From Polyangiaceae bacterium (GTDB lineage Bacteria > Myxococcota_A > Polyangia > Polyangiales > Polyangiaceae), in contig CBDCTZ010000015.1 in assembly GCA_965222375.1 (NCBI GenBank), positions 896,001 through 960,000 on the forward strand: a stretch of DNA of 64,000 bases, written 5' to 3'. The notes below the pieces were generated by a model, which worked only from the letters and a program-made list of their open reading frames with translations, was not told where the DNA came from and searched no databases. The position numbers and the translations under genes are program-made. Positions within the stretch are counted from its first letter, which is position 1, and the number at the start of each line of letters is the position of its first letter. This document shows positions 27,336-36,750 of the stretch, piece by piece.

Positions 27336-28493
27336 ATGTCACGAAGAGGTTATGTCCTTGCGTTAGCTTCGAATCTGCGAGCAGCGCGGCATGGTGGGGC
27401 AGGCCGTTGGTGGGGGAGGGCACGCCGGTTAGTGGGTGGGTCAGCAGCGCTCACGCTCATCGGCTGCACGCTTCTGGCTCCCGAGGATTCGGAGCTCCTC
27501 GGGGGATCCGCGGGCGCCGGGGGCGCTGCCCGTAGTAGCGGAGGGATCGGCTCGGTGGATGGGGGTGACGCATCGAACTCGGCCCCGAGGGGTGCAGCAG
27601 GCGCTGCGGGCGGAGAGAACTGCCACAACGGCCACGACGACGATGGCGACGACTTGATCGATTGCGAAGACGACGACTGCGAGCAGGCCGGGTACCAATG
27701 CGTCACAGCACCGCCGCAGGACTGGCAAGGACCCTTTGCGCTCTACTCGGGCGAGGGGCCGCCGCCTGAATGCCCCAAGGCATTTCCAAACCTCGCCGCC
27801 AGCGGGGGCCTCGAGTTGAGCTACGCCGACGCGACCTGTCCTTCCTGTAGTTGCGCCAAGCCAACCAATTTGAAGTGCCAGTCGCGCGTCGGTTTCGGCT
27901 ACGCTCCCTTTTGTACCTTTGGTGCGACGATCCAGCCTGAAGGCTGTTCGGACATATCCCATTCGTCCTACGCGGATTTCGTGAAGAGGGACGTGATCCT
28001 CACGGGAAACTGCGAGCCCGAGTCGACCGGAGCCAAAAGCACGACTCCCTTCACCTGGGAAACCCAGCGCGCCATTTGCGGCGCCGAGAAGCTGGGAGGC
28101 GGATGCAAGCAGGGCGCGGTGTGCGCGGGCAGCGCGCCACTGCCCTTCGGAACGAGGCTGTGCATTGCCAGAGAAGGTCCGCATTCATGTCCGACTCCGT
28201 TCACCCAACATTTCGACCTTTTCGCGGACTCGACCGATACGCGCGACTGTAGTCCGTGCCAATGCGCAGCAGTGAAAGGCGCCTATTGCAAGTCCACAGT
28301 GAAACGCTACGGTGATGTGGGCTGCGGTGGAACCGGGTCCGAGATGTCGAGTTGCAGCAAGCTCTTCGGGACGATCCGATCCGTGGACGTGACCACGACT
28401 CTTTCGGGAACACCGAGCTGCAAAGCCTCGGGTGGTGACCCGACTGGAAGCGTGGCCAGAGTCGATCAGCACACGGTCTGTTGCTTGCCATAG
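27336..28493 (+). CDS. Cys-rich lipoprotein, paralogue D of the 7.1-10.4 kb family
   Basis: LIGC lipobox, ENCHNGHDDDGDDLIDCEDDDC putative Ca-binding motif, PQDWQGPFA...DTRDCSPC...HTVCC; start uncertain. Confidence 0.8.
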   Translation: MSRRGYVLALASNLRAARHGGAGRWWGRARRLVGGSAALTLIGCTLLAPEDSELLGGSAGAGGAARSSGGIGSVDGGDASNSAPRGAAGAAGGENCHNGHDDDGDDLIDCEDDDCEQAGYQCVTAPPQDWQGPFALYSGEGPPPECPKAFPNLAASGGLELSYADATCPSCSCAKPTNLKCQSRVGFGYAPFCTFGATIQPEGCSDISHSSYADFVKRDVILTGNCEPESTGAKSTTPFTWETQRAICGAEKLGGGCKQGAVCAGSAPLPFGTRLCIAREGPHSCPTPFTQHFDLFADSTDTRDCSPCQCAAVKGAYCKSTVKRYGDVGCGGTGSEMSSCSKLFGTIRSVDVTTTLSGTPSCKASGGDPTGSVARVDQHTVCCLP

Positions 28494-28566
28494 GGTCGAC
28501 AAAGACCGGGCCGCGCAGCCATCGCTTGGTGGGTGCCGCGCCGTTGCGTTACTCTGCAGGCTCGGG

Positions 28567-30000
28567 ATGATGGGTTACATTGCGCGGAGTTGCCGCTTGC
28601 TGGCGCTAGCTGCCCTGGCGTGGCTTTCCGTCGCGAGCTGCTCGGTGACGCAGAGCCTCGACGACCTGAAGGGCAATCCGGAAGGTGGGGCGAGTGACGC
28701 AGGGGCAGATGGCGACGATTCCGGCTGCACGCCGAAGACCTGCGCCGACATCGGCGCGCAGTGTGGTATCGCGCTCGATCAGTGCGGTGGCGCGATCGAT
28801 TGCGGGCAGTGTGCGGACGGCGAGTTTTGTGGCGGTAACGGCGCCAACCGATGCGGCAGCTTCCCGTGCCCGGCAAAGACCTGCGCCGATCTTGCGGCCG
28901 AGTGCGGAAAGGTCTCCGATGGCTGCGGTCAAGTGCTGGGCTGCGGCAACTGCACCGCGCCGGAAACCTGTGGCGGCAGCGGACCAACCAATGTGTGTGG
29001 TTGCACGCCAAAGACCTGCAATGAACTGAACGCCACTTGCGGCACCGTTTCGGATGGCTGCGGCACGCAGCTCGTTTGCGGCAGCTGCACCGCACCGGAG
29101 ACCTGTGGCGGCGGGGGAATTTCCAACCAGTGTGGCTGTACCCCCAATACATGCAGCGGTCTCGGGGCCGAATGCGGCTCCGTAGCCGACGGCTGCGGCA
29201 ACTTGCTCAGCTGCGGGGGCTGCACGTCGCCGGAGATTTGCGGCGGCACCGCCGCCAACAAATGCGGCAACCAACCCTGCACACCCACGACCTGCGCAGC
29301 CGAAGGCAAGAACTGCGGCAGCGTCTCAGATAAATGTGGCGGCCAGCTGAGCTGCGGGAGCTGCTCCAGCGCGAACACTTGCGGCGGCGGTGGCACGCCG
29401 AATGTCTGCGGCTGCATCAAGAGCACCTGCGCCGCTGAGGGCAAGAACTGCGGCACCATCTCAGACAAGTGCGGCGGCCAGCTGAACTGCGGAAGCTGTT
29501 CGGGGACGAATACTTGCGGAGGTGGCGGCACGGCGAACATCTGCGGTTGCGCCAAAACGACCTGCGCCGCTGAAGGCAAGAACTGCGGCACCATCCCAGA
29601 TGGCTGTGGTGGACAGCTCAATTGCGGCAGCTGCAGTGCGCCGAATAGCTGCGGTGGCGGTGGCACGCCGAATGTCTGCGGCTGCACACCGACCACCTGC
29701 GCCGCCGCGGGTGCCACCTGCTTGAGCATCCCGGATGGTTGCGGCGGCAGTTTGAACTGTGGGAGTTGCCCAACCGGAGAGCTCTGCGTGGGTAACACCC
29801 AATGCGTCACCTGCAATGGCTCCGCGGGCGAGTGGCAAGGCTGTCGCGGCACCGGCTGCCAAGTCTGCGCCAGCAAAGTGGCGGGATATCCCTACTACTT
29901 CGACCACCACCCGAACTGCGTCTCGAACAACTGCGGTGGCCTATTCTACACCTGCAACTCCGCCTGTCCCGCTCCCACCGCAGCAGACATGGTCCCCTAG
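28567..30000 (+). CDS. Lipoprotein with eight ~45-aa 8-Cys repeats and a distinct C-terminal Cys domain
   Basis: VASC lipobox; repeats like CTPTTCAAEGKNCGSVSDKCGGQLSCGSCSSANTCGGGGTPNVCG. Confidence 0.85.
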   Translation: MMGYIARSCRLLALAALAWLSVASCSVTQSLDDLKGNPEGGASDAGADGDDSGCTPKTCADIGAQCGIALDQCGGAIDCGQCADGEFCGGNGANRCGSFPCPAKTCADLAAECGKVSDGCGQVLGCGNCTAPETCGGSGPTNVCGCTPKTCNELNATCGTVSDGCGTQLVCGSCTAPETCGGGGISNQCGCTPNTCSGLGAECGSVADGCGNLLSCGGCTSPEICGGTAANKCGNQPCTPTTCAAEGKNCGSVSDKCGGQLSCGSCSSANTCGGGGTPNVCGCIKSTCAAEGKNCGTISDKCGGQLNCGSCSGTNTCGGGGTANICGCAKTTCAAEGKNCGTIPDGCGGQLNCGSCSAPNSCGGGGTPNVCGCTPTTCAAAGATCLSIPDGCGGSLNCGSCPTGELCVGNTQCVTCNGSAGEWQGCRGTGCQVCASKVAGYPYYFDHHPNCVSNNCGGLFYTCNSACPAPTAADMVP

Positions 30001-30095
30001 GCGCGCTGCGTTCCACCCGAAGCCGTTGCGGACTTGCGAATTAGCCGAAGGCGCGTCACCCCCTTGTAACAGAGCCGCGCTATTCTTCCAGGGCG

Positions 30096-31553
30096 ATGAA
30101 GTACCTGACCGAAGTCAAAGTGGGCAGTCGCCCCATCGATCGTTTCATCGAAGTGATCGGCGAAGACCAAGTCGGTGAAGCGATGCGCGTGGCCCAGGCG
30201 CTCAAGCAGCGCATGGGTGAGCACGTGATCTGGAACGTCAATTCCACCGCAGTCGGTGGCGGAGTGGCAGAAATGCTGCAGCCGCTCTTGGGCTACGCCC
30301 GGGGGATCGGGGTGGATACTCGCTGGCTCGTGATCCAGGGCAACACCGACTTTTTCCGAGTGACCAAGCGCTTGCACCACGCTCTGCATGGCGCGCCGGG
30401 GGATGGCTCCGAGCTGGGGGACGAAGATCGCGCAATCTACGGACAGGCGCTCTCGGATAACACCAAGGAGCTTCGCGAGTTGGTACGGCCCGGGGACGTG
30501 GTGATCTTGCACGATCCGCAAACCGCCGGAATGGCGCCGCCCTTGGTCAAAGCCGGCGTGACCGTGATTTGGCGCTGCCACATCGGTCACGACAGCTCGA
30601 ACAAAGAGGTCGAGAGCGGGTGGCGCTTTCTGCAGCCCTACCTCGAATCCGTCGCGGCGTTCGTGTTCTCTCGCAAGGCCTACGCGCCAGAATTTTGCGA
30701 CCACGGTCGCTCGACGATCATCACGCCGAGCATCGATGCCTTCTCCGCCAAGAACGTCGACATGGATGACGACACCGTGCACACCATCCTGGTGCATACG
30801 GGTCTGGTCGAGGGTCCTGCACCCGCCGAGCCGCGTCATGGCTTCACTCGCGGAGACGGAACCCCAGGCCGCGTCGAGCGACGCGCCGACATAATACGAC
30901 TGGGTCGCGCGCCCAGCTGGGATGCACCCCTTGTCGTGCAGGTTTCCCGTTGGGATCCCTTGAAGGACATGTTGGGCGTGATGCGGGGCTTTACCCAGCT
31001 CGTCAATGGCCAGGCGCCGACTGGCGCGCAGCTGGTGCTCGCCGGGCCAAACGTCAACGCCGTGGCCGACGATCCAGAAGGCCCCGCGGTCTTCGACGCC
31101 GTGCTGCAGGAGTGGCGACAACTGCCTCACGGAGTGCGGCAGCACGTGCATCTCGTGAACCTACCCACGAACGACGTCGAAGAAAACGCCGCCATCGTCA
31201 ACGCTCTGCAGCGCCACGCCACGGTGGTGGTGCAAAAGAGCCTGCACGAGGGCTTTGGGCTGACCGTGACCGAGGCCATGTGGAAGTCGAAGCCGGTAAT
31301 CGCCAGCGCCGTCGGCGGGATCCAAGATCAGATCGACCACGGAAAGTCCGGTCTGTTGCTGCAGGATCCGACAGATCTGAAGTCCTTCGGAGAGCTTCTA
31401 AGCCAGCTGCTCAGCGACGAAGCGGAGGCAAAGCGCATCGGCGAAGCGGCCCGCGAGCGCGTGCGCGAGAAGTTCTTGGGCGTGAGCCACCTGCTCAAGT
31501 ACGGCGCGCTTTTGGATAAGCTCGACGGGCATCGCGGCCCAGCGAGGGAGTAG
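30096..31553 (+). CDS. treT: GT4 glycosyltransferase, trehalose synthase TreT-like
   Basis: NSTAVGGGVAEML, HDPQ, WRCHI, QVSRWDPLKD, QKSLHEGFGLTVTEAMWK. Confidence 0.85.
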   Translation: MKYLTEVKVGSRPIDRFIEVIGEDQVGEAMRVAQALKQRMGEHVIWNVNSTAVGGGVAEMLQPLLGYARGIGVDTRWLVIQGNTDFFRVTKRLHHALHGAPGDGSELGDEDRAIYGQALSDNTKELRELVRPGDVVILHDPQTAGMAPPLVKAGVTVIWRCHIGHDSSNKEVESGWRFLQPYLESVAAFVFSRKAYAPEFCDHGRSTIITPSIDAFSAKNVDMDDDTVHTILVHTGLVEGPAPAEPRHGFTRGDGTPGRVERRADIIRLGRAPSWDAPLVVQVSRWDPLKDMLGVMRGFTQLVNGQAPTGAQLVLAGPNVNAVADDPEGPAVFDAVLQEWRQLPHGVRQHVHLVNLPTNDVEENAAIVNALQRHATVVVQKSLHEGFGLTVTEAMWKSKPVIASAVGGIQDQIDHGKSGLLLQDPTDLKSFGELLSQLLSDEAEAKRIGEAARERVREKFLGVSHLLKYGALLDKLDGHRGPARE

Positions 31554-31594
31554 TGGCCCAGGGACGCTACGCGAACCGACCCCAAGAAACCAGA

Positions 31595-32281
31595 CTACTT
31601 GGACGTCGCCGTCGGCATCGAGACGAGGCGTATCGCAGGTGGTCCTTCTCCCTGGCGCTTCTTGCTCATGCGCAGGACAATCTTGTGGCCTTCGTCCCAG
31701 AGCCATTGAGCCTCGGTCTTGGCCTTTCCAGCGGTGAGGCAGTCGACGAAGGTGTCCGTCTTGCACTCTTCGGGGACCTGATCGTCGGACTTGGTGGGCG
31801 CACCGTAGCGGTCCGTGAAGACCTTCTTGATCTTGTCGTGCGCTTCCGCCCAAGTCTTGTAGTCGCTGGCCTCGGGAGTAATCGCGAAACCGATTGCGCA
31901 CACCTTGTCCGCGCAGAAACTGAGCGCGGGGCTGCCTTCGAACCCCGGGTCTTCCAAGGATTTCGTGCATAGCCAAGCCTTGCCGTAGCGCTTCCAGGTG
32001 CCTTTGGTGCTGCAAGCTTTCCAGGCGTCTTTGCGCTCTTGTCCGAAACTGAAGCCCGCCAAGGACTTCGGTGGAGGCGCCTTGGGCTTGGACAGCTCGG
32101 GGACGGGAGGCGGTTTCGGTTTCTCCTGCTTCGGCGGTTCTGACGCGGGCTCCGGTTCCGGATCGTCGAGGGAAAGCCCTGGCGTTTGTATGGGTCCGCC
32201 GCCGGGGCCCGCGGGCCCTGGCCGACGGCATGCAGCCAAGGTGATGCATGCGAGAGCTAGGAGAATTGCAAGACGGCGCAT
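31595..32281 (-). CDS. Lipoprotein of unknown function
   Basis: LAAC lipobox, Pro-rich linker, globular domain. Confidence 0.8.
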   Translation of the reverse strand: MRRLAILLALACITLAACRRPGPAGPGGGPIQTPGLSLDDPEPEPASEPPKQEKPKPPPVPELSKPKAPPPKSLAGFSFGQERKDAWKACSTKGTWKRYGKAWLCTKSLEDPGFEGSPALSFCADKVCAIGFAITPEASDYKTWAEAHDKIKKVFTDRYGAPTKSDDQVPEECKTDTFVDCLTAGKAKTEAQWLWDEGHKIVLRMSKKRQGEGPPAIRLVSMPTATSK

Positions 32282-32414
32282 CAGCCAAGGTCATGGATAC
32301 CACGCCTGGCTTCCGGGCGGAGCAGTCAGCACCGGGAAGGTGGCCACCCCAGGCTCTTGCGCGGGGCCGGTGCTGCTCGGAGCCCCCCGAACCCGGTTTG
32401 TGAGCGGACGGTGC

Positions 32415-33020
32415 CTAGCGCATCGGTGTTTCGTCGACCACGGCGTAGGTCTTTGGATCGAGGAGCAGCGCCAAGCCCTTGCGGGGCGGTCCTCGGTTGA
32501 CTGCGGTCGCGGCAATTCTGCCTTGGGCGTCGGTGCCGGTGATGCTGATTTTCGCCCCCTTCGCCCAGCTGTGCTTCGCGATGTGCTTCTTCACGGACGC
32601 ATCCACGCGCGCGTCGTCTATGTTGTCCGGAAAGGGCGGTATTAGCTTCTCTTCGCCTGGCGCCAAGCCACCAACATGCTTCAGATAGGTCTCCCGCTCT
32701 TTGTCTCCTTTGGAGTAGCGCTGCTGGGTCTGACCTTGCAGCGGCGGCGGCGTGTAGAGGGTCACGACCAGAGTCCCATCAGCTTCCATCTTGGCCGTGC
32801 CGATGGCCTTGCCCTTCACGGCTGACGTGGCCGGAGCAGCGGCAGATGCGGGAGCGGGTGTCCCCGAGGCCTTGGCGGAAGGCGGCGTTTGCGCGATGAC
32901 GACGGGGGCAGACGGCTGCTGGGCAGGACCTGGCTTTTCGTTGCAGGCCAAGACGGCCCCGAAACCAACTGCAGCGACGAGCCCCAAGCCGAAACTCTGT
33001 GAAGTTAGCGAGATCTTCAT
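32415..33020 (-). CDS. Lipoprotein of unknown function
   Basis: ATG at 33020, VLAC lipobox; IGTAKMEADGTL...HVGGLAPGEEKLIPPFP domain. Confidence 0.75.
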   Translation of the reverse strand: MKISLTSQSFGLGLVAAVGFGAVLACNEKPGPAQQPSAPVVIAQTPPSAKASGTPAPASAAAPATSAVKGKAIGTAKMEADGTLVVTLYTPPPLQGQTQQRYSKGDKERETYLKHVGGLAPGEEKLIPPFPDNIDDARVDASVKKHIAKHSWAKGAKISITGTDAQGRIAATAVNRGPPRKGLALLLDPKTYAVVDETPMR

Positions 33021-33151
33021 CCCCGGCAGGATAACCGGCCCCGCTGAAGCCGAGGAGGGTGCGCCCCGAAGCGCCGCAGCTGGCCGAGGGGCCTTCGAAC
33101 CCGAGGCGCCGGCGGCAAGCCTCTTGCAGGAATGCATGCTAGGCCTCGTGC

Positions 33152-34342
33152 TTGCGAGGCAAAAGCGAGAGGTTTTTGATGATTTTTCTTGATGGGATTC
33201 GTCCACTGAGAAGCTGGCGCCACGCCGGCGGTGTAACCCTTCGTCGACGCTCGGGCTTGCTCCTCGGCGTGCTATTGCTCGCCGCTCCCGCGGCATCTGC
33301 GCAGCCCACGGGCGCAGACGCGGCCCGGACCGTGGGTCAGGCGGCGCGGGCGGCCGCGGCGGCCGCAGATCAGGCGGCGGACGCTTCCCTGAGGGGCATC
33401 ACGGATCGGGACGGCGCCCCAAAGAGCCGCGTGGAAAAAGCTCGCGATGGAGTCGTCACCCTGGAACGAAGTGGCAAAGTGCTGGGGCTCGGCACGGTGC
33501 TGAAGGGCGATGGGCGGATCTTGACTGCGCTATCGCCCCTGGGTCACGGCAACAACCTGGACGCACGCTTCGCAGACGGCAGCGTGTCTCGCGTCAAAGT
33601 AGGTCACACGGACCGCGCCTGGGACCTGGCCTTGGTGATCCCCCAGAACGGACGCTGGAAGAAGGGGCTGCGCGCATCGCGCAAGTCTGCCAAGGCCCTC
33701 GGCAGCCGGCTTCGCACGTACAGCGTGATCGGTGCCAAGGAAATCGCACCCGCGCGCACGATCGTCAAAGGTGCGCGGACCCTCGTTGGCGGTGACAACG
33801 AACTGCTGCGCGATGCGCTGGAGCTCGCAAGCCGACTCAAGAAGAACGATGTGGGCAGCCCTATTGTCGACGACAAGGGCGACGTGGTTGCGGTCGTCGC
33901 TAGGGCGTGCGCACCGCGCCCCAAGCAACCTTGCACTCGCGTTCCCTACGGGGTGCCCACCCCCGCGATCAAGGCCTTCTTGCGAACCGCCCCAGTTGGC
34001 GCGGTGGCCCCGGCGCCCTGGCTGGGCATCCGTGGGGTCTCCCACACTGCCGGACCGGCCCGGGGGGTTCGAGTCGTGTCAGTGCACCCACGGAGCTCAG
34101 CGGCGGCAGCTGGCCTCAAGGGGGGGCGAAACCAAGCGAAGGCCGACGTGGTGGTGGGGCTGGATGGCGTTCCTGTGCTGACCCCGGACGCCCTCTCGGA
34201 CGCCATCAACCGCCGCGCGGTGGGCGATAGCGTGGAACTCCTCCTCTTTGGGGGCGGCAAATACCGCCGAGTCACGCTGACCCTCCAGCCCAGCCCGAAG
34301 CGCTCCAAGCCCCGCCGCAGCCGTAGAAGTAGAGCCAAATAG
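33152..34342 (+). CDS. HtrA-like trypsin-fold + PDZ protein, catalytic triad degenerate
   Basis: GLGTVLKGDGRILTALS, WDLAL, DVGSPIVD; PDZ PWLGIRG...AAAAGLKG; start uncertain. Confidence 0.8.
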   Translation: MRGKSERFLMIFLDGIRPLRSWRHAGGVTLRRRSGLLLGVLLLAAPAASAQPTGADAARTVGQAARAAAAAADQAADASLRGITDRDGAPKSRVEKARDGVVTLERSGKVLGLGTVLKGDGRILTALSPLGHGNNLDARFADGSVSRVKVGHTDRAWDLALVIPQNGRWKKGLRASRKSAKALGSRLRTYSVIGAKEIAPARTIVKGARTLVGGDNELLRDALELASRLKKNDVGSPIVDDKGDVVAVVARACAPRPKQPCTRVPYGVPTPAIKAFLRTAPVGAVAPAPWLGIRGVSHTAGPARGVRVVSVHPRSSAAAAGLKGGRNQAKADVVVGLDGVPVLTPDALSDAINRRAVGDSVELLLFGGGKYRRVTLTLQPSPKRSKPRRSRRSRAK

Positions 34343-34466
34343 GCCTGGGGACCGGCACCCGCCCTGGAATTTCTTTCCACCCCGTGTCGCAAACCCTTAG
34401 GTTTCAGGCACGGGGGCGTGTTAGATGATTTCCAACGTTTTGGACGTCTTTTTGGCGGGATAGGCA

Positions 34467-35240
34467 GTGTCACGGCCGCTTCGAATAGAGGTTGCGGGTC
34501 AGACTGACGTCGGCCGCAAGAGGAACCACAACGAGGACAATTTCGCCATCATGGCGGAGTACGGTCTCTACGTCGTGGCGGATGGCATGGGTGGGCATGC
34601 TTCCGGCGAGGTTGCGTCCAAGATGGCGGTCGACGCACTGCAGGAGTTTTTTGCAGCCACGGCGGACGACCCGGAGCGCACATGGCCCTACAAGATGGAC
34701 CGCTCCAAGGGCTACGAAGAAAACCGTCTGGTCACGGGCATCAAGCTCTGCAACCTGCGGATCTATGAGAACGCTCAGCGCAACGCCAAACAGCGGGGCA
34801 TGGGCACGACTCTCGTGACCCTGTTCGCGGTGGAAGACGGCATCTACCTCGCACACGTCGGCGACAGCCGCATCTATCGACTCCGCGACGGCAAGATCGA
34901 CCAGCTGACGGAAGATCACTCGCTGCTCAACGACTACAAGAAGATGAAGCGGCTGACCGAGGAAGAGATCGCCAACTTCCCACACAAGAACGTGATCGTG
35001 CGCGCCCTGGGCATGAAAGACACGGTGAAGGTCGATACTCGCTTCGAAACGCCCCGGGCCGGCGACACCATGCTGCTCTGCACGGACGGACTCAGCGGCC
35101 CGGTCACGGATGAACGCATGCTGGAGATCATCCAGAGCGCGCCGGACCTTCCAACGGCGTCGAATCGCCTGATCGAAGCAGCCAACGAAAACGGCGGGCC
35201 CGACAACATCACCTGCGTGCTGGCACGCTGGATCGACTAA
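34467..35240 (+). CDS. PP2C-family (Stp1/IreP type) Ser/Thr phosphatase
   Basis: TDVGRKRNHNED, VADGMGGH, GMGTT, HVGDSR, LCTDGL, GGPDNIT. Confidence 0.96.
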   Translation: MSRPLRIEVAGQTDVGRKRNHNEDNFAIMAEYGLYVVADGMGGHASGEVASKMAVDALQEFFAATADDPERTWPYKMDRSKGYEENRLVTGIKLCNLRIYENAQRNAKQRGMGTTLVTLFAVEDGIYLAHVGDSRIYRLRDGKIDQLTEDHSLLNDYKKMKRLTEEEIANFPHKNVIVRALGMKDTVKVDTRFETPRAGDTMLLCTDGLSGPVTDERMLEIIQSAPDLPTASNRLIEAANENGGPDNITCVLARWID

Positions 35241-35256
35241 TCTCGCGGCGCCTGAC

Positions 35257-35811
35257 TCAGGGTCCTGGCTTGGGCGGGATGATCCGGATGGGTGCCGGTG
35301 TCATGGGCACCGACTTTGCCTCGCCGACCAAAGACGCCAGCACGGCGTAGGCCACGACCACCACCGCCAACATGATCACGCTGGTCCACAGATACGTCAT
35401 CGTTGGCGGATGACGAGCGGTACTCCACCCATCCGCATAGAACTTGCCGCCGCTCCTTTTGCGCAGCTTGTCCTGAACCCCGCGGAGCACATCCGAGCGC
35501 GGCTGGGGTTCTTCCTCTTCTTCAAAGGCGCCGCGTAGGAGCGCGCGCATGCTGCCGTCGTCCTCTTCCGACTCGCTGCCGGGCAGATCTTCGTCTTCGC
35601 CGATGGAGTCGTCCGACGCCAGGGCCGGCTCGGCGGCGGCTTCCGAAGCTGTGGATTCGTCCGCCCCCTCGGCATCGGATTCCCCCGCCTGCTGCCGGGC
35701 ATCCGAGTCGCGTCCTTCCCGCGGCTCGGACTCGCTCTCTCCGGACGGATTGGAGGCACTCTCGTCGCTCGCCTCCTCCTCGGGCGGCGTCGGTTTGTGG
35801 TCATCGCTCAT
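35257..35811 (-). CDS. Acidic membrane protein, putative anti-sigma factor
   Basis: 4-bp overlap with the sigma gene; acidic N-terminus, VQDKLRKRSGGKFYADGW, one TM helix. Confidence 0.7.
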   Translation of the reverse strand: MSDDHKPTPPEEEASDESASNPSGESESEPREGRDSDARQQAGESDAEGADESTASEAAAEPALASDDSIGEDEDLPGSESEEDDGSMRALLRGAFEEEEEPQPRSDVLRGVQDKLRKRSGGKFYADGWSTARHPPTMTYLWTSVIMLAVVVVAYAVLASLVGEAKSVPMTPAPIRIIPPKPGP

Positions 35812-36404
35812 CGAACTTTCTCCCCAAGCGCGTGCTCCACGCGCGCCTTGAGCATGCCGCGCGCACGGTGGATGCGACTTTTCACGGTGCCGTCAGCCAG
35901 CCCAGTGATCTCGGCGATTTCCTCGTAGCTGAGGTCCTCGACGTCTCGCAGAATCAGTACCTCGCGAAAGTCCGCATCCAGCTCGCGAATGGCGATTTGA
36001 ACGATTCGCTCCGCCTGAATGCCCTCGAGCATGTGGTCCGGCCGCGCCACGTCACCAAAAGTGACCCCCTTGGCTTCGTTGAGAGGCGCGCGCTCCGCAT
36101 GCGGTTCCAGCTCCTGCTGGGCACCCTCGTGGCGACGAGCCAGGTACTTGATGCGGTTCTTACAAAGATTGACGGCAATTCGATAGACCCAGGTCCCCAA
36201 TTTCGAGTCGCCACGGAAGTTGCCAATGGCCTTGAAGACCTGCACGAAGACTTCCTGAAGCATGTCTTCGGCTTCGTCGCGTCGGCCGAGCATGCGAAAC
36301 AGCAGCCGAAAAACGCGTTGCTCGTAGAGTTCGACCAGCTCGTTGAAGGCACGCTCATCGTGCGCACGGAGCCGCTCGATGAATTTGCTTTCGCTCTCGT
36401 CCAC
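35808..36404 (-). CDS. ECF sigma factor (RpoE-like)
   Basis: AEDMLQEVF, FRGDSKLGTWVYRIAVN, LSYEEIAEITGLADGTVKSRIHRAR; GTG start at 36404. Confidence 0.95.
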   Translation of the reverse strand: MDESESKFIERLRAHDERAFNELVELYEQRVFRLLFRMLGRRDEAEDMLQEVFVQVFKAIGNFRGDSKLGTWVYRIAVNLCKNRIKYLARRHEGAQQELEPHAERAPLNEAKGVTFGDVARPDHMLEGIQAERIVQIAIRELDADFREVLILRDVEDLSYEEIAEITGLADGTVKSRIHRARGMLKARVEHALGEKVR

Positions 36405-36614
36405 TGGGCAGTCCCACCAAGGGTCCGTGCGACGGTAGCCGACCAAGGCCGGCGCGTCGTCCCCCGTGAGGGCTCGAGCCCCCTGGCTGCGGTCAAAAAG
36501 CGGCCGCCGATCCCGAACTCTGGTGCGAACTCTGGCGGCCACACCGGGATGCGACACCAAGGGGGTCCGTGGGTTCCCAGCTGGCGCAGCTGTCCCGAGG
36601 CCCGGGCTGTCCGG

Positions 36615-36685
36615 TTCCGGCGCATGGATTCGAACCATGATTCAGGGATTCAAAGTCCCTTGTCCTGCCTTTAGACGACGCCGGA
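36615..36685 (-). tRNA. tRNA-Gln (TTG)
   Basis: TCCGGCG/CGCCGGA acceptor stem, anticodon arm AGGGA-CTTTGAA-TCCCT, T arm CATGG-TTCGAAT-CCATG; 3' end reads ACCG. Confidence 0.95.
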
Positions 36686-36750
36686 GCGGGCGGGAGCCTA
36701 GCAAAAAGGGGAGGGCAGACAAACCCATCGAGAAAACCGGCCCCGCAGCC

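Noticed and set aside
28726..29805. Regularly spaced repeats as a CRISPR array
   Set aside because: In-frame ~135-bp coding repeats with synonymous variation, no unique spacers and no cas genes.
36400..36750. tRNA-Gln as a prophage or island attachment site
   Set aside because: No integrase nearby and no duplicated tRNA 3' end seen in the window.
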